From contig JBNKTW010000071.1 in assembly GCA_050298295.1 (NCBI GenBank), forward strand, positions 7,092 to 71,091: DNA of 64,000 nucleotides. The letters are read 5' to 3'. A program made the translations under genes and the position numbers. The stretch comes from Rhodomicrobiaceae bacterium. GTDB lineage: Bacteria; Pseudomonadota; Alphaproteobacteria; Rhizobiales; Rhodomicrobiaceae. Of the stretch, positions 9,324 through 18,251 are shown piece after piece (position 1 is the first letter of the stretch; each line of letters opens with the position of its first letter). The notes beneath the pieces were generated by a model. The model searched no databases and was not told the DNA's origin. It worked only from the letters and a program-made list of their open reading frames with translations.

Positions 9324-11501
9324 CTAGTTGTTCCAATACCGGAACGGATCTCCACTGCGGTGCTCCGGTGCCGGCCGGCGGCTGGCTTGGGCGCGTGGAT
9401 GCGCCCAGCTCGCGGGTTCCCCACCCCTGTGTTCCGCGGAAGTAGAGGGCGCCGAAGGCGGGGCAGGCTCGGATGCAACCCGCACTGGCTTCCCCTCAAG
9501 CGCAGCGGCCACGCGGCTGTCGAGCCCATAGAGGTCGTGATAGTAGCGAACCCGGCCTGTGTCATCCACCTTGGCGGTGAAATAGACGATGTGCACTGGG
9601 ACCGGTTTCCTTAGCGCAATCTCGCGGGTCCGGCCGGACGCGACTATTTTTTTGATTTGCTCGCCCGAGTAGCCCTTGTCACGGGCCAGCAGCACCTCGG
9701 CGAAATGAAGCGGGTTTTGCGTGCGCATACAGCCATGGCTGAAGGCGCGCTGGCCGTTGCCGAAAAGTTCGCGGTTTACCGTGTCGTGCATGTACACATC
9801 GTGCTTGTTGGGGAAGCGGAATTTCACCTGCCCTAGCACGTTCTTCGCGCCCGCGCCCTGCGTGAACGTGTACCGCCGGATGTCCACCCGCGACCAATCG
9901 ACCGAATCGGGATTGACGGGCTTGCCGTGCAGGGTAACGCGGAGCCCTCCCATACGCTGCAGAACCTCGCTGCTGCCGCCGCCGGCAATGGCACCGAAGC
10001 CGAAAAGGCCGCCGCCCCCGCCGCCGCCGCTGCTGCGAAGCCGCGGCGCTATCTCGTTGACCTTGATACCTTCGGGCACGCCCCATTCGGGGTTGAAGAT
10101 TACGAATCGCATCGACGCGGAGAAGCTCGGTGTGGGCGTTTTGGGCTTGCCAACCACGATCTTCTCCTGCAGCACCATTTTGCCGTGGTCGTAAATGCGG
10201 GCGTATTGCTCCGTGATGCTGTCCCAGACGTAGAACTCGCCGAGGTGTTCCGGCATCCAGCGCCAGCGCTCCATGTTCACCAGGAGGCGCATCCGCTTCG
10301 CCTCCACGCTGCCGCCTCCGTCCTCATCACCGCCGCCGCTGGCCGCCTTATTCAGCGACGCTCGCAGCTTGCGGTCAATAATGCCGGTGATTTCGAGGCC
10401 TTGTTCTTTCTGATAAAGGTTCACGGCTTCGAGCAGTTCTTCGTCGTAGACCGTTTCCTTGGACCCTTGCGCGCTGACGCCCAGGCGCTTGCGCACGAGC
10501 GCGATCTGCCGGTTATCGTCGCCCGGCTTGAAGTCAGGGCCGGACGGGATGCGCGGGGACAGGCCGCTGCCCGATCCCTTGCCCATGAGCGCGAGATAGG
10601 CTTGGCGCAGGCGCTTGAACTGCTCGTGCTTCGGATGCAGGCCACGCAAATAGGCGTCCGCCGAGCTGGCGCCGGATATGCCTTCCAGGACTGATTTGGG
10701 GTCGTAGATGTGGGGACGCCTGTCCATCATCGGGCTGATGGAAGGCGGGTTGAGCCGGCCGCCGCGGGCATACCGCGCATATTTGAGCACGGCCAGGCTC
10801 ATCTTGACCTCGGCCTTGGCACGTTTTTCCACGCTTGACGAACCGCCAGGATTCGATGGGACCGGGAACGCGGATGCTTCCAGGCCCCAGTCATCAGCGT
10901 TCCGGATTTCGCGGATGGCCTTGTGTGCCTTGTGATTGAAGCCTTCCTTGGAAAGCCAGATTGGCTGCCCCTTGTTCTCTGTGTAGTAGGCCTTGGCTCC
11001 GTCAATGTCGTTCTTTGGGCCGTTCGCCTTGTCCAAATCCGCGAGAATTTGCTTGCCGAGCGGATCCATCTCGGGCTCGGATGCTTTTGCGGTGTCCGCC
11101 GGCTTTTTCGCCTCCCCAGCGCCAGGCGCTTTCGGGGCCGGGTCATTCGACTCGGGAGGCGTCAGGGGATCGGGGGCGGCAGGGTCTGGCTCCGCGTCCA
11201 GGGCGATAGCAGGGGCCGGTTGCGCGGGCTTTTTTTCTTTCTTTTGCGCTGGATTGGCGCTGGCGGCTGCACCCGGCCCGGCCGAAGGCGCTGGCTTTGC
11301 GGGTTCTCCCTCTTTTTTCTTTTCCGGAGTGTTTGCTTGCGGCTGCGCATGTGCGGCAGGATTAGCGCCAGCCGCGCCCGCTGCATTCGCGACCGCGGCG
11401 GCCTGCACCCCGGGCGTTCCCACAGCCTGCGCCATGGCGAGGTGCGGGACGCTGGCAAAACATGCGGCCAACCCCAAGCGAAACACTGTCCTTGCTATCA
11501 T
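9324..11501 (-). CDS. L,D-transpeptidase, YcbB/LdtD-like, with peptidoglycan-binding domain
   Basis: VNMERWRW, IVVGK, NPEWGVP, GQVKFRFPN, YMHDT and SHGCMR (catalytic Cys); Pro/Ala-rich N-terminus after a signal peptide. Confidence 0.92.
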   Translation of the reverse strand: MIARTVFRLGLAACFASVPHLAMAQAVGTPGVQAAAVANAAGAAGANPAAHAQPQANTPEKKKEGEPAKPAPSAGPGAAASANPAQKKEKKPAQPAPAIALDAEPDPAAPDPLTPPESNDPAPKAPGAGEAKKPADTAKASEPEMDPLGKQILADLDKANGPKNDIDGAKAYYTENKGQPIWLSKEGFNHKAHKAIREIRNADDWGLEASAFPVPSNPGGSSSVEKRAKAEVKMSLAVLKYARYARGGRLNPPSISPMMDRRPHIYDPKSVLEGISGASSADAYLRGLHPKHEQFKRLRQAYLALMGKGSGSGLSPRIPSGPDFKPGDDNRQIALVRKRLGVSAQGSKETVYDEELLEAVNLYQKEQGLEITGIIDRKLRASLNKAASGGGDEDGGGSVEAKRMRLLVNMERWRWMPEHLGEFYVWDSITEQYARIYDHGKMVLQEKIVVGKPKTPTPSFSASMRFVIFNPEWGVPEGIKVNEIAPRLRSSGGGGGGGLFGFGAIAGGGSSEVLQRMGGLRVTLHGKPVNPDSVDWSRVDIRRYTFTQGAGAKNVLGQVKFRFPNKHDVYMHDTVNRELFGNGQRAFSHGCMRTQNPLHFAEVLLARDKGYSGEQIKKIVASGRTREIALRKPVPVHIVYFTAKVDDTGRVRYYHDLYGLDSRVAAALEGKPVRVASEPAPPSAPSTSAEHRGGEPASWAHPRAQASRRPAPEHRSGDPFRYWNN

Positions 11502-11850
11502 TCCAAACCTCTATTGCCTCCTGGAGGGTATCTATCTAGAAGGCCGTTCGGGTTTAAGCTTCCTGGCCCGCCGCAAAAAACTAGAAAGCTATGTCTCTGA
11601 CGGGCATGGCTTCGCGCGCCGTTGCTGGCGTTTGCTGACGTGCGCAGGTTATGTTGTAAACGGTCCAGACGCAAGCCCGGTTAACATTTGACCCGCTTCC
11701 TTGAAGATCGCTAAAACCTTGCTTCGCAAGCCTTCCGGCATAAATTGACGTTGGAGGATAGCACCTTCGCCCAACCGCGGGCTTGACCGCCCGGCTGGGC
11801 AGTGCTTTGGCTGATCCAAACACAATGCTGCCCTTTTCCTGGAGACCTGG

Positions 11851-12240
11851 ATGCGTTCCTTCTTCCGCGCGAAAATTCACCGTGCGACCGTGACACAGGC
11901 GGACCTCGACTACGAAGGCAGCTTGTCCATCGACCGCGACCTCATGGACGCGGCGGATATCGCGGAGTTCGAGGAAGTGCACGTCTGGAACGTGACGCGC
12001 GGCACAAGGCTCACCACCTACGCGATCGAAGCAGAGCGTGGCAGCGGCATCATCTGCGTTAACGGGGCGGCTGCGCATCTCGTCCACGCCGGCGACCTGG
12101 TCATCATCGCGACCTATCATCTGGTGGCACGCGCCGGAGATGCGCCGGCCCCCGTCGTGGTGCGGGTGGACGAAAAGAACCGCATCATTGGGACCGGGCC
12201 CGAGGTGGCCGGGCCCAGGACCGCGCCGGAGCGCGGGTGA
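11851..12240 (+). CDS. panD: Aspartate 1-decarboxylase
   Basis: [13 protein letters not shown] cleavage site, RLTTYAI, NGAAAHL. Confidence 0.96.
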   Translation: MRSFFRAKIHRATVTQADLDYEGSLSIDRDLMDAADIAEFEEVHVWNVTRGTRLTTYAIEAERGSGIICVNGAAAHLVHAGDLVIIATYHLVARAGDAPAPVVVRVDEKNRIIGTGPEVAGPRTAPERG

Positions 12241-12633
12241 CTCCCGGTTAACCTCATTCGCTGGCATTTGGCTGCGAGCCTTTTCGTGTGTGCTTCTTTG
12301 TGCAACGCGTCATCTGTTCGCGCCGTTTTGCGCGAAAGGTTTAGGGTGCACCTAATGTGCTGAATTGCACGGATATAGTTTGGCAATTCCACGCCGCTTC
12401 CGGGGCAAAAATGCGCCATTTTGGGGCCAAGCCTATCCCGCGCGGTTTGAGGCTTGTGTCCACGCGGCGGCATGGTGTGCCCGGCAGAGGCACGCAGGAT
12501 AGCTCCCTGAACGGAACGCAGTGCTCAACCAGTAAAGTGTCAATCCCCAGTTCCAGGATGATGATGGCGGACAGGAACGAGCTTCCGGCCGTCCTCACCA
12601 AGCGCCTGCGGCGTTTGTGACTGTAGCCAACAT

Positions 12634-13014
12634 CTAGAATGTATCGAGAGGCGTTCGCTCGCGAGCAGGCTGGATCTCCACGCTTTCGCCACAACCGCAC
12701 GCGCCAATCTGGTTCGGGTTGTTGAACACGAAGCGCGAGGAGAGCTTATCGGTCTTGTAATCCATCTCGGTGCCGAGCAGGAACAGGATCGCGGACGGGT
12801 CGATCAGGATGCGCACGCCCTTCTCCTCAACCACCTCGTCGTTCGCGCCGGCCTCCGCGGCATACTCGATGGTGTATTCCATACCCGCGCAGCCGCCCTT
12901 CTTCACGCCCAGCCGCAACCCCGCCACCGGCGTTTCCGGGCGCGCCATGATGGCTTTCAGGCGTTCGGCCGCAGCGTCGGTCAGGGTTATGATCTTCGGT
13001 CTGGGCCTCGTCAT
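12634..13014 (-). CDS. sufA: Fe-S cluster assembly A-type carrier (SufA/IscA/HesB)
   Basis: GGCAG and CGCGES motifs; last gene of the suf operon. Confidence 0.93.
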   Translation of the reverse strand: MTRPRPKIITLTDAAAERLKAIMARPETPVAGLRLGVKKGGCAGMEYTIEYAAEAGANDEVVEEKGVRILIDPSAILFLLGTEMDYKTDKLSSRFVFNNPNQIGACGCGESVEIQPARERTPLDTF

Positions 13015-13029
13015 TCAGTGCTTCCCCGG

Positions 13030-13521
13030 TCAGAATATGTTCAACGCGATGCGCGCCTCGTCTGACATGCGCGACGGGTCCCAAGGCGGCATGAACACCA
13101 GCGACACCCGCGCGACGCTCACGCCCCGCACCGCGTTGACCGCGCTTTCGACCCAGGCCGGCATGTCGCCCGCCACCGGGCAGCCGGGCGCGGTGAGCGT
13201 CATCTCGATGTCGACCTCGCGGTTATCGTTGATGTCCACCCTGTAGATGAGGCCCAGCTCGTAGATATCAACGGGGATCTCCGGGTCGTAGACCGTCTTC
13301 AGCGCCCCGATGATGTCCATGGTGAGCCGCTCCAGCTCCTCCTCGGGGATCGGGGCTCCGGACTTGAAATCCTTCGCCACCTCGACCGTGTGCTGGCAAG
13401 GCTCCGGCATATGATGGTCCGGGCCGTGGTGATGCGGCTCGTGGTGCGCGGGCGGAGCTTGCGGCGCATCCCAGGGCGCGGGGTCAACCAGCGTTTTTCT
13501 TTCGTTCATCGATTCCGTCAT
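13030..13521 (-). CDS. sufT: SUF system Fe-S assembly protein (SufT/DUF59) with His-rich N-terminus
   Basis: VYDPEIPVDIYELGLIY, MTLTAPGCPVA, PPWDPSRMS; ATG overlaps the sufS stop. Confidence 0.92.
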   Translation of the reverse strand: MTESMNERKTLVDPAPWDAPQAPPAHHEPHHHGPDHHMPEPCQHTVEVAKDFKSGAPIPEEELERLTMDIIGALKTVYDPEIPVDIYELGLIYRVDINDNREVDIEMTLTAPGCPVAGDMPAWVESAVNAVRGVSVARVSLVFMPPWDPSRMSDEARIALNIF

Positions 13522-14762
13522 TTGAAGATCCGCTCCGCTTTCAGTAATGCCTCCGCCAGTGCGTCCACCTCGGCGCGCGTATTGTAGAGCCCGAACGACG
13601 CCCTGCAAGTAGCCGTTACGCCAAAGCGGGCGAGCAACGGCTCCGCGCAATGCGTGCCGGCCCTGACCGCAATGCCCGATTGATCCAGGACCGTGGCGAT
13701 ATCGTGGGGGTGCGCGCCTTCCATGGTGAAGGAGACGATCGGCCCCTTGTCCGGCGCCTGGCCTATCATTCTGAGCGAATTGATTGGCCGCAGGCGCTCC
13801 TCCGCATAACGGCGCAGATCGTTCTCATGGGCGCGGACGCGGGCCTTGCCGATGCCGTCCACATAGTCGAGCGCTGCCGTGAGCGCCGCCGCCTCGGCGA
13901 TGGGCGGGGTGCCGGCCTCGAATCGGTAGGGTGGATCGTTGTAGCTGACCGTGTCCATTGTTACGGTCTCGATCATCTCGCCGCCGCCGAGGAATGGCGG
14001 CATGGCCTGAAGATGCTCCGCCTTGCCGTAAAGCGCGCCGATGCCACTCGGGCCGTATAGCTTGTGGCCCGTGATGGCGTAGAAATCGCAATCTATGTCC
14101 TGCACATCCACATCGAGGTGAACCGCGCCCTGGCTGCCGTCCACCAGCACATAAGCGCCATGCGCGTGCGCGATCCCGCACACCTCCTTCACCGGCGCGG
14201 AGGTGCCCAGCACGTTCGACATGTGCGTGATCCCGACCATCTTGGTGCGCGGGGTAATCGCGGCCTCGAAATCCTCCAGCCGGAACTCGCCGTCATCCGT
14301 TACAGGCACCCATTTGATGACGGCGCCGCGCCGCTCGCGATGGAAGTGCCACGGGATGATGTTGGAATGGTGCTCCATAACGGAGAGCACGATCTCGTCG
14401 CCGGGGCCTATCACCATGCCGCCGAAGGACTGCGCCGCGAGGTTAATCGCCTCGGTGGCGTTCTTCGTGAAGATGATTTGCTTCGGGTCCGGCGCGTTCA
14501 GGAACTTCGCCACCCGCGTGCGCGCGCCTTCATACGCATCGGTCGCGGCGTTGGCGAGGTAGTGTAAGCCCCTGTGCACATTGGCATATTCGTGCGCGTA
14601 CGCCTTCACCAGCGCATCGAGCACGGCCTGCGGCTTCTGCGCGCTTGCCGCGTTGTCGAGATAGACCAGCGGCTTGCCGTACACCTTGAGCGACAGCGCC
14701 GGGAAGTCGCGCCGGATGGCCTCCACGTCATAGGTGGCGGGCTCTTTTTCAATTACCGTCAT
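13518..14762 (-). CDS. sufS: Cysteine desulfurase SufS
   Basis: YLDNAASAQKP, HSNIIPW, TGHKLYGP, RAGTHCA motifs. Confidence 0.96.
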   Translation of the reverse strand: MTVIEKEPATYDVEAIRRDFPALSLKVYGKPLVYLDNAASAQKPQAVLDALVKAYAHEYANVHRGLHYLANAATDAYEGARTRVAKFLNAPDPKQIIFTKNATEAINLAAQSFGGMVIGPGDEIVLSVMEHHSNIIPWHFHRERRGAVIKWVPVTDDGEFRLEDFEAAITPRTKMVGITHMSNVLGTSAPVKEVCGIAHAHGAYVLVDGSQGAVHLDVDVQDIDCDFYAITGHKLYGPSGIGALYGKAEHLQAMPPFLGGGEMIETVTMDTVSYNDPPYRFEAGTPPIAEAAALTAALDYVDGIGKARVRAHENDLRRYAEERLRPINSLRMIGQAPDKGPIVSFTMEGAHPHDIATVLDQSGIAVRAGTHCAEPLLARFGVTATCRASFGLYNTRAEVDALAEALLKAERIFK

Positions 14763-14777
14763 GGTAGCACCCCGCTC

Positions 14778-14866
14778 TCATGGCCGGGCTTGACCCGGCC
14801 ATCCAGAGCAACATGGACAACGTTTGTTTTGAGGGGCTGGATGGCCGGGTCGGGCCCGGCCATGAC
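14778..14866. repeat. REP doublet, TCATGGCCGGGCTTGACCCGGCCATCCA family
   Basis: TCATGGCCGGGCTTGACCCGGCCATCCA ... TGGATGGCCGGGTCGGGCCCGGCCATGAC between sufD and sufS. Confidence 0.88.
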
Positions 14867-14867
14867 A

Positions 14868-16187
14868 CTAGGAAAGCCACGCATCCACCTTCTCCTGCAA
14901 CGCGGCGCGCAAGCTCTCGTTGCCGATCTTGTCCAGCGCCTCGCCGACGAACGCCGCTATCAAAAGCGCCCGCGCCTCCGGCTCTGGAAGGCCGCGCGCC
15001 CGCAGATAGAACATCAGATCCCCGTCAATCTGCCCCGCCGTCGAGCCGTGGCCGCACGCCACGTCATCGGCGAAAATCTCAAGCTCGGGCTTGGAGTCGA
15101 ACTCGGCATCGTTGGAGAGCAGGAGCGCATTGGCCATCTGCTTGCCGTCGGTCTTCTGCGCCCCGCGCTGCACGATCACCTTGCCCTGGAACACGCCGCG
15201 CGCGCGCCCGTCCAGCACGGCCTTCACCAGCTCGCGGCTTTCGCAAGCCTCCGCCGCGTGATCGACCACCAGCGTGAAATCCGCGTGCGCCCGCTCGCGC
15301 AGCATCATCGCGCCGGCGTAGTGGCAGCGCGCGTGCCGGCCGTCGAAACGGATGTGCATCTGCGCCCGCGTGAGCGCGCCGTCCACCGTCACTTGCAGCG
15401 GCTCGTAATGCGTCCGCTCCTCCAGCGCCACGGAAACCGAAGCAAGCTGCTTCGCGCCGCCGGTTACGCGGACATGGCTGACGCGGGCGTTGCACCCGGC
15501 CATAAGCCGCATATACGACAGCGCCTGGGACTCGCCCAAAGCCGCGTGCGTTTCGATGAGCTGGACTTCGGCGCGGTCGCCAATCGCAACCGTGCTGAGG
15601 GTTGCGGCAAGCTTCGGCGTCCCTTCACTCACAATGAAAATCAAATGGATGGGCTTTTCGAGCCGCGTGCCGGACGCAACCGAGAGAAGCGCGCCATCGG
15701 TTGCGAAGGCGGCGGCCAGCGCCGCAATCACATCGCGCCCAGCCCCGGCTTGAGTCCCGAGCCCGGCGCAGGAGACCTCTTCGAGCGCAAGGCGGAGCGG
15801 CTCGAACGTCACCCCAGGCGCATCCTGCACGCTCGAAAGATCGGGCCGGAACAGTCCGTCCACGAACACGGCGCGATAGGCGTCCAACTGGGCGAGCGCC
15901 TTGCCAATCGCGGCCTCGACGTTCACGCCGGCCGCCACCACGGGCGTAAGCCCCGCCAGCGGATGGACTTCCGGCATTAGCGTGCGCAGGTCGGTGTATT
16001 TCCATTCCTCGACGCGGCGGTGCGGCAGGCCCTGCGAGGCGAACAGATCCAGCGCCGCCTCGCGCTTTTCGCGCACGTTTGCGTGGCGCGCGCCGGGCAG
16101 CTTGTCCGCAACGCTGGCGTAGAGGTCGAGATAGCGCTGCTCCGCCGCAGTGGGCGCGGGGCGGGCTTTGGTTGGTTGGATCGTCAT
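14868..16187 (-). CDS. sufD: Fe-S cluster assembly protein SufD
   Basis: LPHRRVEEWKYTDL, VFQGKVIV, KPELEIFADDVACGHG. Confidence 0.95.
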   Translation of the reverse strand: MTIQPTKARPAPTAAEQRYLDLYASVADKLPGARHANVREKREAALDLFASQGLPHRRVEEWKYTDLRTLMPEVHPLAGLTPVVAAGVNVEAAIGKALAQLDAYRAVFVDGLFRPDLSSVQDAPGVTFEPLRLALEEVSCAGLGTQAGAGRDVIAALAAAFATDGALLSVASGTRLEKPIHLIFIVSEGTPKLAATLSTVAIGDRAEVQLIETHAALGESQALSYMRLMAGCNARVSHVRVTGGAKQLASVSVALEERTHYEPLQVTVDGALTRAQMHIRFDGRHARCHYAGAMMLRERAHADFTLVVDHAAEACESRELVKAVLDGRARGVFQGKVIVQRGAQKTDGKQMANALLLSNDAEFDSKPELEIFADDVACGHGSTAGQIDGDLMFYLRARGLPEPEARALLIAAFVGEALDKIGNESLRAALQEKVDAWLS

Positions 16188-16196
16188 CGCCGCCCC

Positions 16197-16952
16197 TTAA
16201 GCCGCTTCCGCGCCGTAGCCTGCGTAGCCGGATTCCTCAAGCTCCACCGCCAGCTCCTTGCCGCCCGAGCGCAAAATCTGTCCGCGAGCCATCACATGCA
16301 CCTTGTCCGGCACGATGTAGTTCAGGAGCCGCTGATAATGGGTGATGACGAGGATCGAGCGCTCCGGCGACCGCAGCCGGTTCACCCCCTCCGCGGCGAT
16401 GCGGATCGCGTCGATGTCGAGGCCGGAGTCCATCTCGTCGAGGATGAGCAGGCTGGGCTTGAGCAGCGCCATCTGCAGCACCTCGTTGCGCTTTTTCTCG
16501 CCGCCCGAAAAGCCGGTGTTCAGCGGGCGCTTCAGCATATCCATCGAAATGCCGAGTTCACCGGCCGCCGCCTTCACCACGCGCATGAATTCGGGGATGG
16601 AGATTTCGCTCTCGCCGCGCGCCTTGCGATGCGCATTCATGGCGGCGCGCAGGAAGGTCAGCGAGGCAACGCCCGGAATCTCTATCGGATATTGGAAGGA
16701 CAGAAACACGCCGGCGTGTGCGCGTTCGTCGGGACTCATTTCCAGGAGGTTCTTGCCGTCCCAGGTGATCGAACCGCCCGTGACCTCGTAATCCTCCTTG
16801 CCGGAAATGACATAGGACAGCGTGGACTTGCCCGAGCCATTCGGCCCCATGATCGCGTGCACCTCGCCTCTGGGCACGGTGAGGCTGAAACCCTTCAGTA
16901 TTTCCTTGCCGTCGATTTCGGCGCGCAGGTCTTTGATTTCGAGCATTCCCAT
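16197..16952 (-). CDS. sufC: Fe-S cluster assembly ATPase SufC
   Basis: MGPNGSGKST, FQYPIEIPG, FSGGEKKRNE, LDEMDSGLD. Start at MGMLEIK (16952) or at 16946. Confidence 0.96.
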   Translation of the reverse strand: MGMLEIKDLRAEIDGKEILKGFSLTVPRGEVHAIMGPNGSGKSTLSYVISGKEDYEVTGGSITWDGKNLLEMSPDERAHAGVFLSFQYPIEIPGVASLTFLRAAMNAHRKARGESEISIPEFMRVVKAAAGELGISMDMLKRPLNTGFSGGEKKRNEVLQMALLKPSLLILDEMDSGLDIDAIRIAAEGVNRLRSPERSILVITHYQRLLNYIVPDKVHVMARGQILRSGGKELAVELEESGYAGYGAEAA

Positions 16953-16954
16953 TC

Positions 16955-17215
16955 CTATCTTTTTTCTTCGTCCGCGCCCCAGCGCCACCGCCAGGCCCCG
17001 TCCGTTTTCTTCCAGGATATCCAAATAAATAGCACCGTGGCGGCGGCCGTGGCCGTGAGCGCGATGAGGCGCGCCTGCCCGCCGCCGAAGCCGGCTTCGA
17101 GCATCTTCATAATCCCTATGAGCGCGGCCACGAAGGCAACGGTCAGCAGCCATCCCTGCCATGTCGCAGGCGTGGCGCCGTAACCATAGCGTTTTGGGCG
17201 GAACCAGTAGCTCAC
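16955..17215 (-). CDS. Small membrane protein (WFRPKRYGYGATPxxWxGW type), unknown function
   Basis: GTG start overlapping the upstream stop; two hydrophobic helices; Trp-rich ends. Confidence 0.7.
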   Translation of the reverse strand: MSYWFRPKRYGYGATPATWQGWLLTVAFVAALIGIMKMLEAGFGGGQARLIALTATAAATVLFIWISWKKTDGAWRWRWGADEEKR

Positions 17216-17433
17216 AATGGCTTCCTCCAGCGCCGTATCGGGCCAACGCCCCAGAAAAAGGCCCGGATGAACAGCGCAACGGTGACGGCCAGGGTTGCGA
17301 ACCGGGTCAACGGCCAGCCGCTGAACAGGCCGTGGGCCAGCGCGAAGGCCAGCACCGCGAACAGCGCCGCCGCGATCCAGGCTTTCCAGTCCCATGCCGG
17401 CTCGAAATCCTTGCGCCTATATCCGTAGCTCAT
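17212..17433 (-). CDS. Small hypothetical membrane protein
   Basis: 73 aa, two hydrophobic segments, translationally coupled on both sides. Confidence 0.65.
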   Translation of the reverse strand: MSYGYRRKDFEPAWDWKAWIAAALFAVLAFALAHGLFSGWPLTRFATLAVTVALFIRAFFWGVGPIRRWRKPL

Positions 17434-17789
17434 GAGGCCCTCCGCACCAAAACGAGACCCAGGATTAGAGTAAACGGCAGAACGATGAGATGCCGGACGG
17501 CGGCGGAGTAGCCCACGGCTTTGCCCGCAATCGCGAAATCGCCGAGCGGCACGATGGAGGCCAGCAGCAGCACCACGCCCAGCGGCTTCGCGGCGCGCAT
17601 CGCCGCCAGCGCGATGACAGCGAGCCCTATGGCCAGCTCGCGCGTGCCCATCAGTGGCGTGAGCCCGATATCGGCCAGATGCGACGGGTCGATCCCGAAC
17701 GCTTGCACCGCGCCGAACGGCGAGACGATCAGCGCGGCGCCGATCAGGCTCAGAAACGCACCCAGCAATGCAGCAAGTATCAACGCCAT
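17430..17789 (-). CDS. DUF4267-like membrane protein
   Basis: Four hydrophobic helices with GxRELxxG and PxGD motifs. Confidence 0.7.
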   Translation of the reverse strand: MALILAALLGAFLSLIGAALIVSPFGAVQAFGIDPSHLADIGLTPLMGTRELAIGLAVIALAAMRAAKPLGVVLLLASIVPLGDFAIAGKAVGYSAAVRHLIVLPFTLILGLVLVRRAS

Positions 17790-18199
17790 TATTGATATTT
17801 CCCTTTCAGCATCGTCCCCTCTCCCACAGGGAGAGGGACAGGGTGAGGGGTTGCACCCTTCGTTATTCTGACAATCTCAGCCAAGACCCCTTCGATATTC
17901 TCCAGCACTTCGTTATTCCAGAACCGCAGAACCTGAATTCCGGCCCCCTGCAGGACTGCGGTCCTATTCATATCCCATTCCGTCTGGCTGGCGTGCTGGC
18001 CGCCGTCGAGTTCCACAACCAGGTTCGCGGCTTCGCAGAAGAAATCCGCGTAGAAGCCAAAGAGCGGAACCTGGCGGCGGAACTTCAGGCCTTCGAGCTG
18101 GCGATTTCGCAGGTGCCGCCAGAGCTTACGCTCAGCGTCAGTGCCCGCGCCGCGTAACTCGCGGGCTCCGCCTGTTTTACGCTTTGCCAGACTCTCCAA
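17789..18199 (-). CDS. DUF559 / Vsr-like endonuclease domain protein
   Basis: ARELR, TDAERKLW, KFRRQ, YADF, VVELDGGQH, VLRFWNNEV motifs. Confidence 0.92.
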   Translation of the reverse strand: MESLAKRKTGGARELRGAGTDAERKLWRHLRNRQLEGLKFRRQVPLFGFYADFFCEAANLVVELDGGQHASQTEWDMNRTAVLQGAGIQVLRFWNNEVLENIEGVLAEIVRITKGATPHPVPLPVGEGTMLKGKYQ

Positions 18200-18241
18200 C
18201 CCTGTAACCCCTCACCCTGTCCCTCTCCCACTGGGAGAGGG
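17817..18241. mobile_element. Putative DUF559 element bounded by 36-bp hairpin inverted repeats
   Basis: Left 17817-17852 (reverse complement) and right 18206-18241 both read AACCCCTCACCCTGTCCCTCTCCC-NNN-GGGAGAGGG, 34/36 identical. Mobility is inferred. Confidence 0.65.
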
Positions 18242-18251
18242 CACGCTGTTG

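Noticed and set aside
12350-12425. Possible fourth, degenerate copy of the 84-bp element
   Set aside because: Only TAAT, ATAT and one A-tract match and the spacing is off by one; not distinguishable from chance by eye.
14574-15980. Long antisense or alternative-frame ORFs (also 18141-19811, 29390-30841, 37279-38640, 53642-55084)
   Set aside because: Shadows of well-supported genes in GC-rich DNA; no family motifs.
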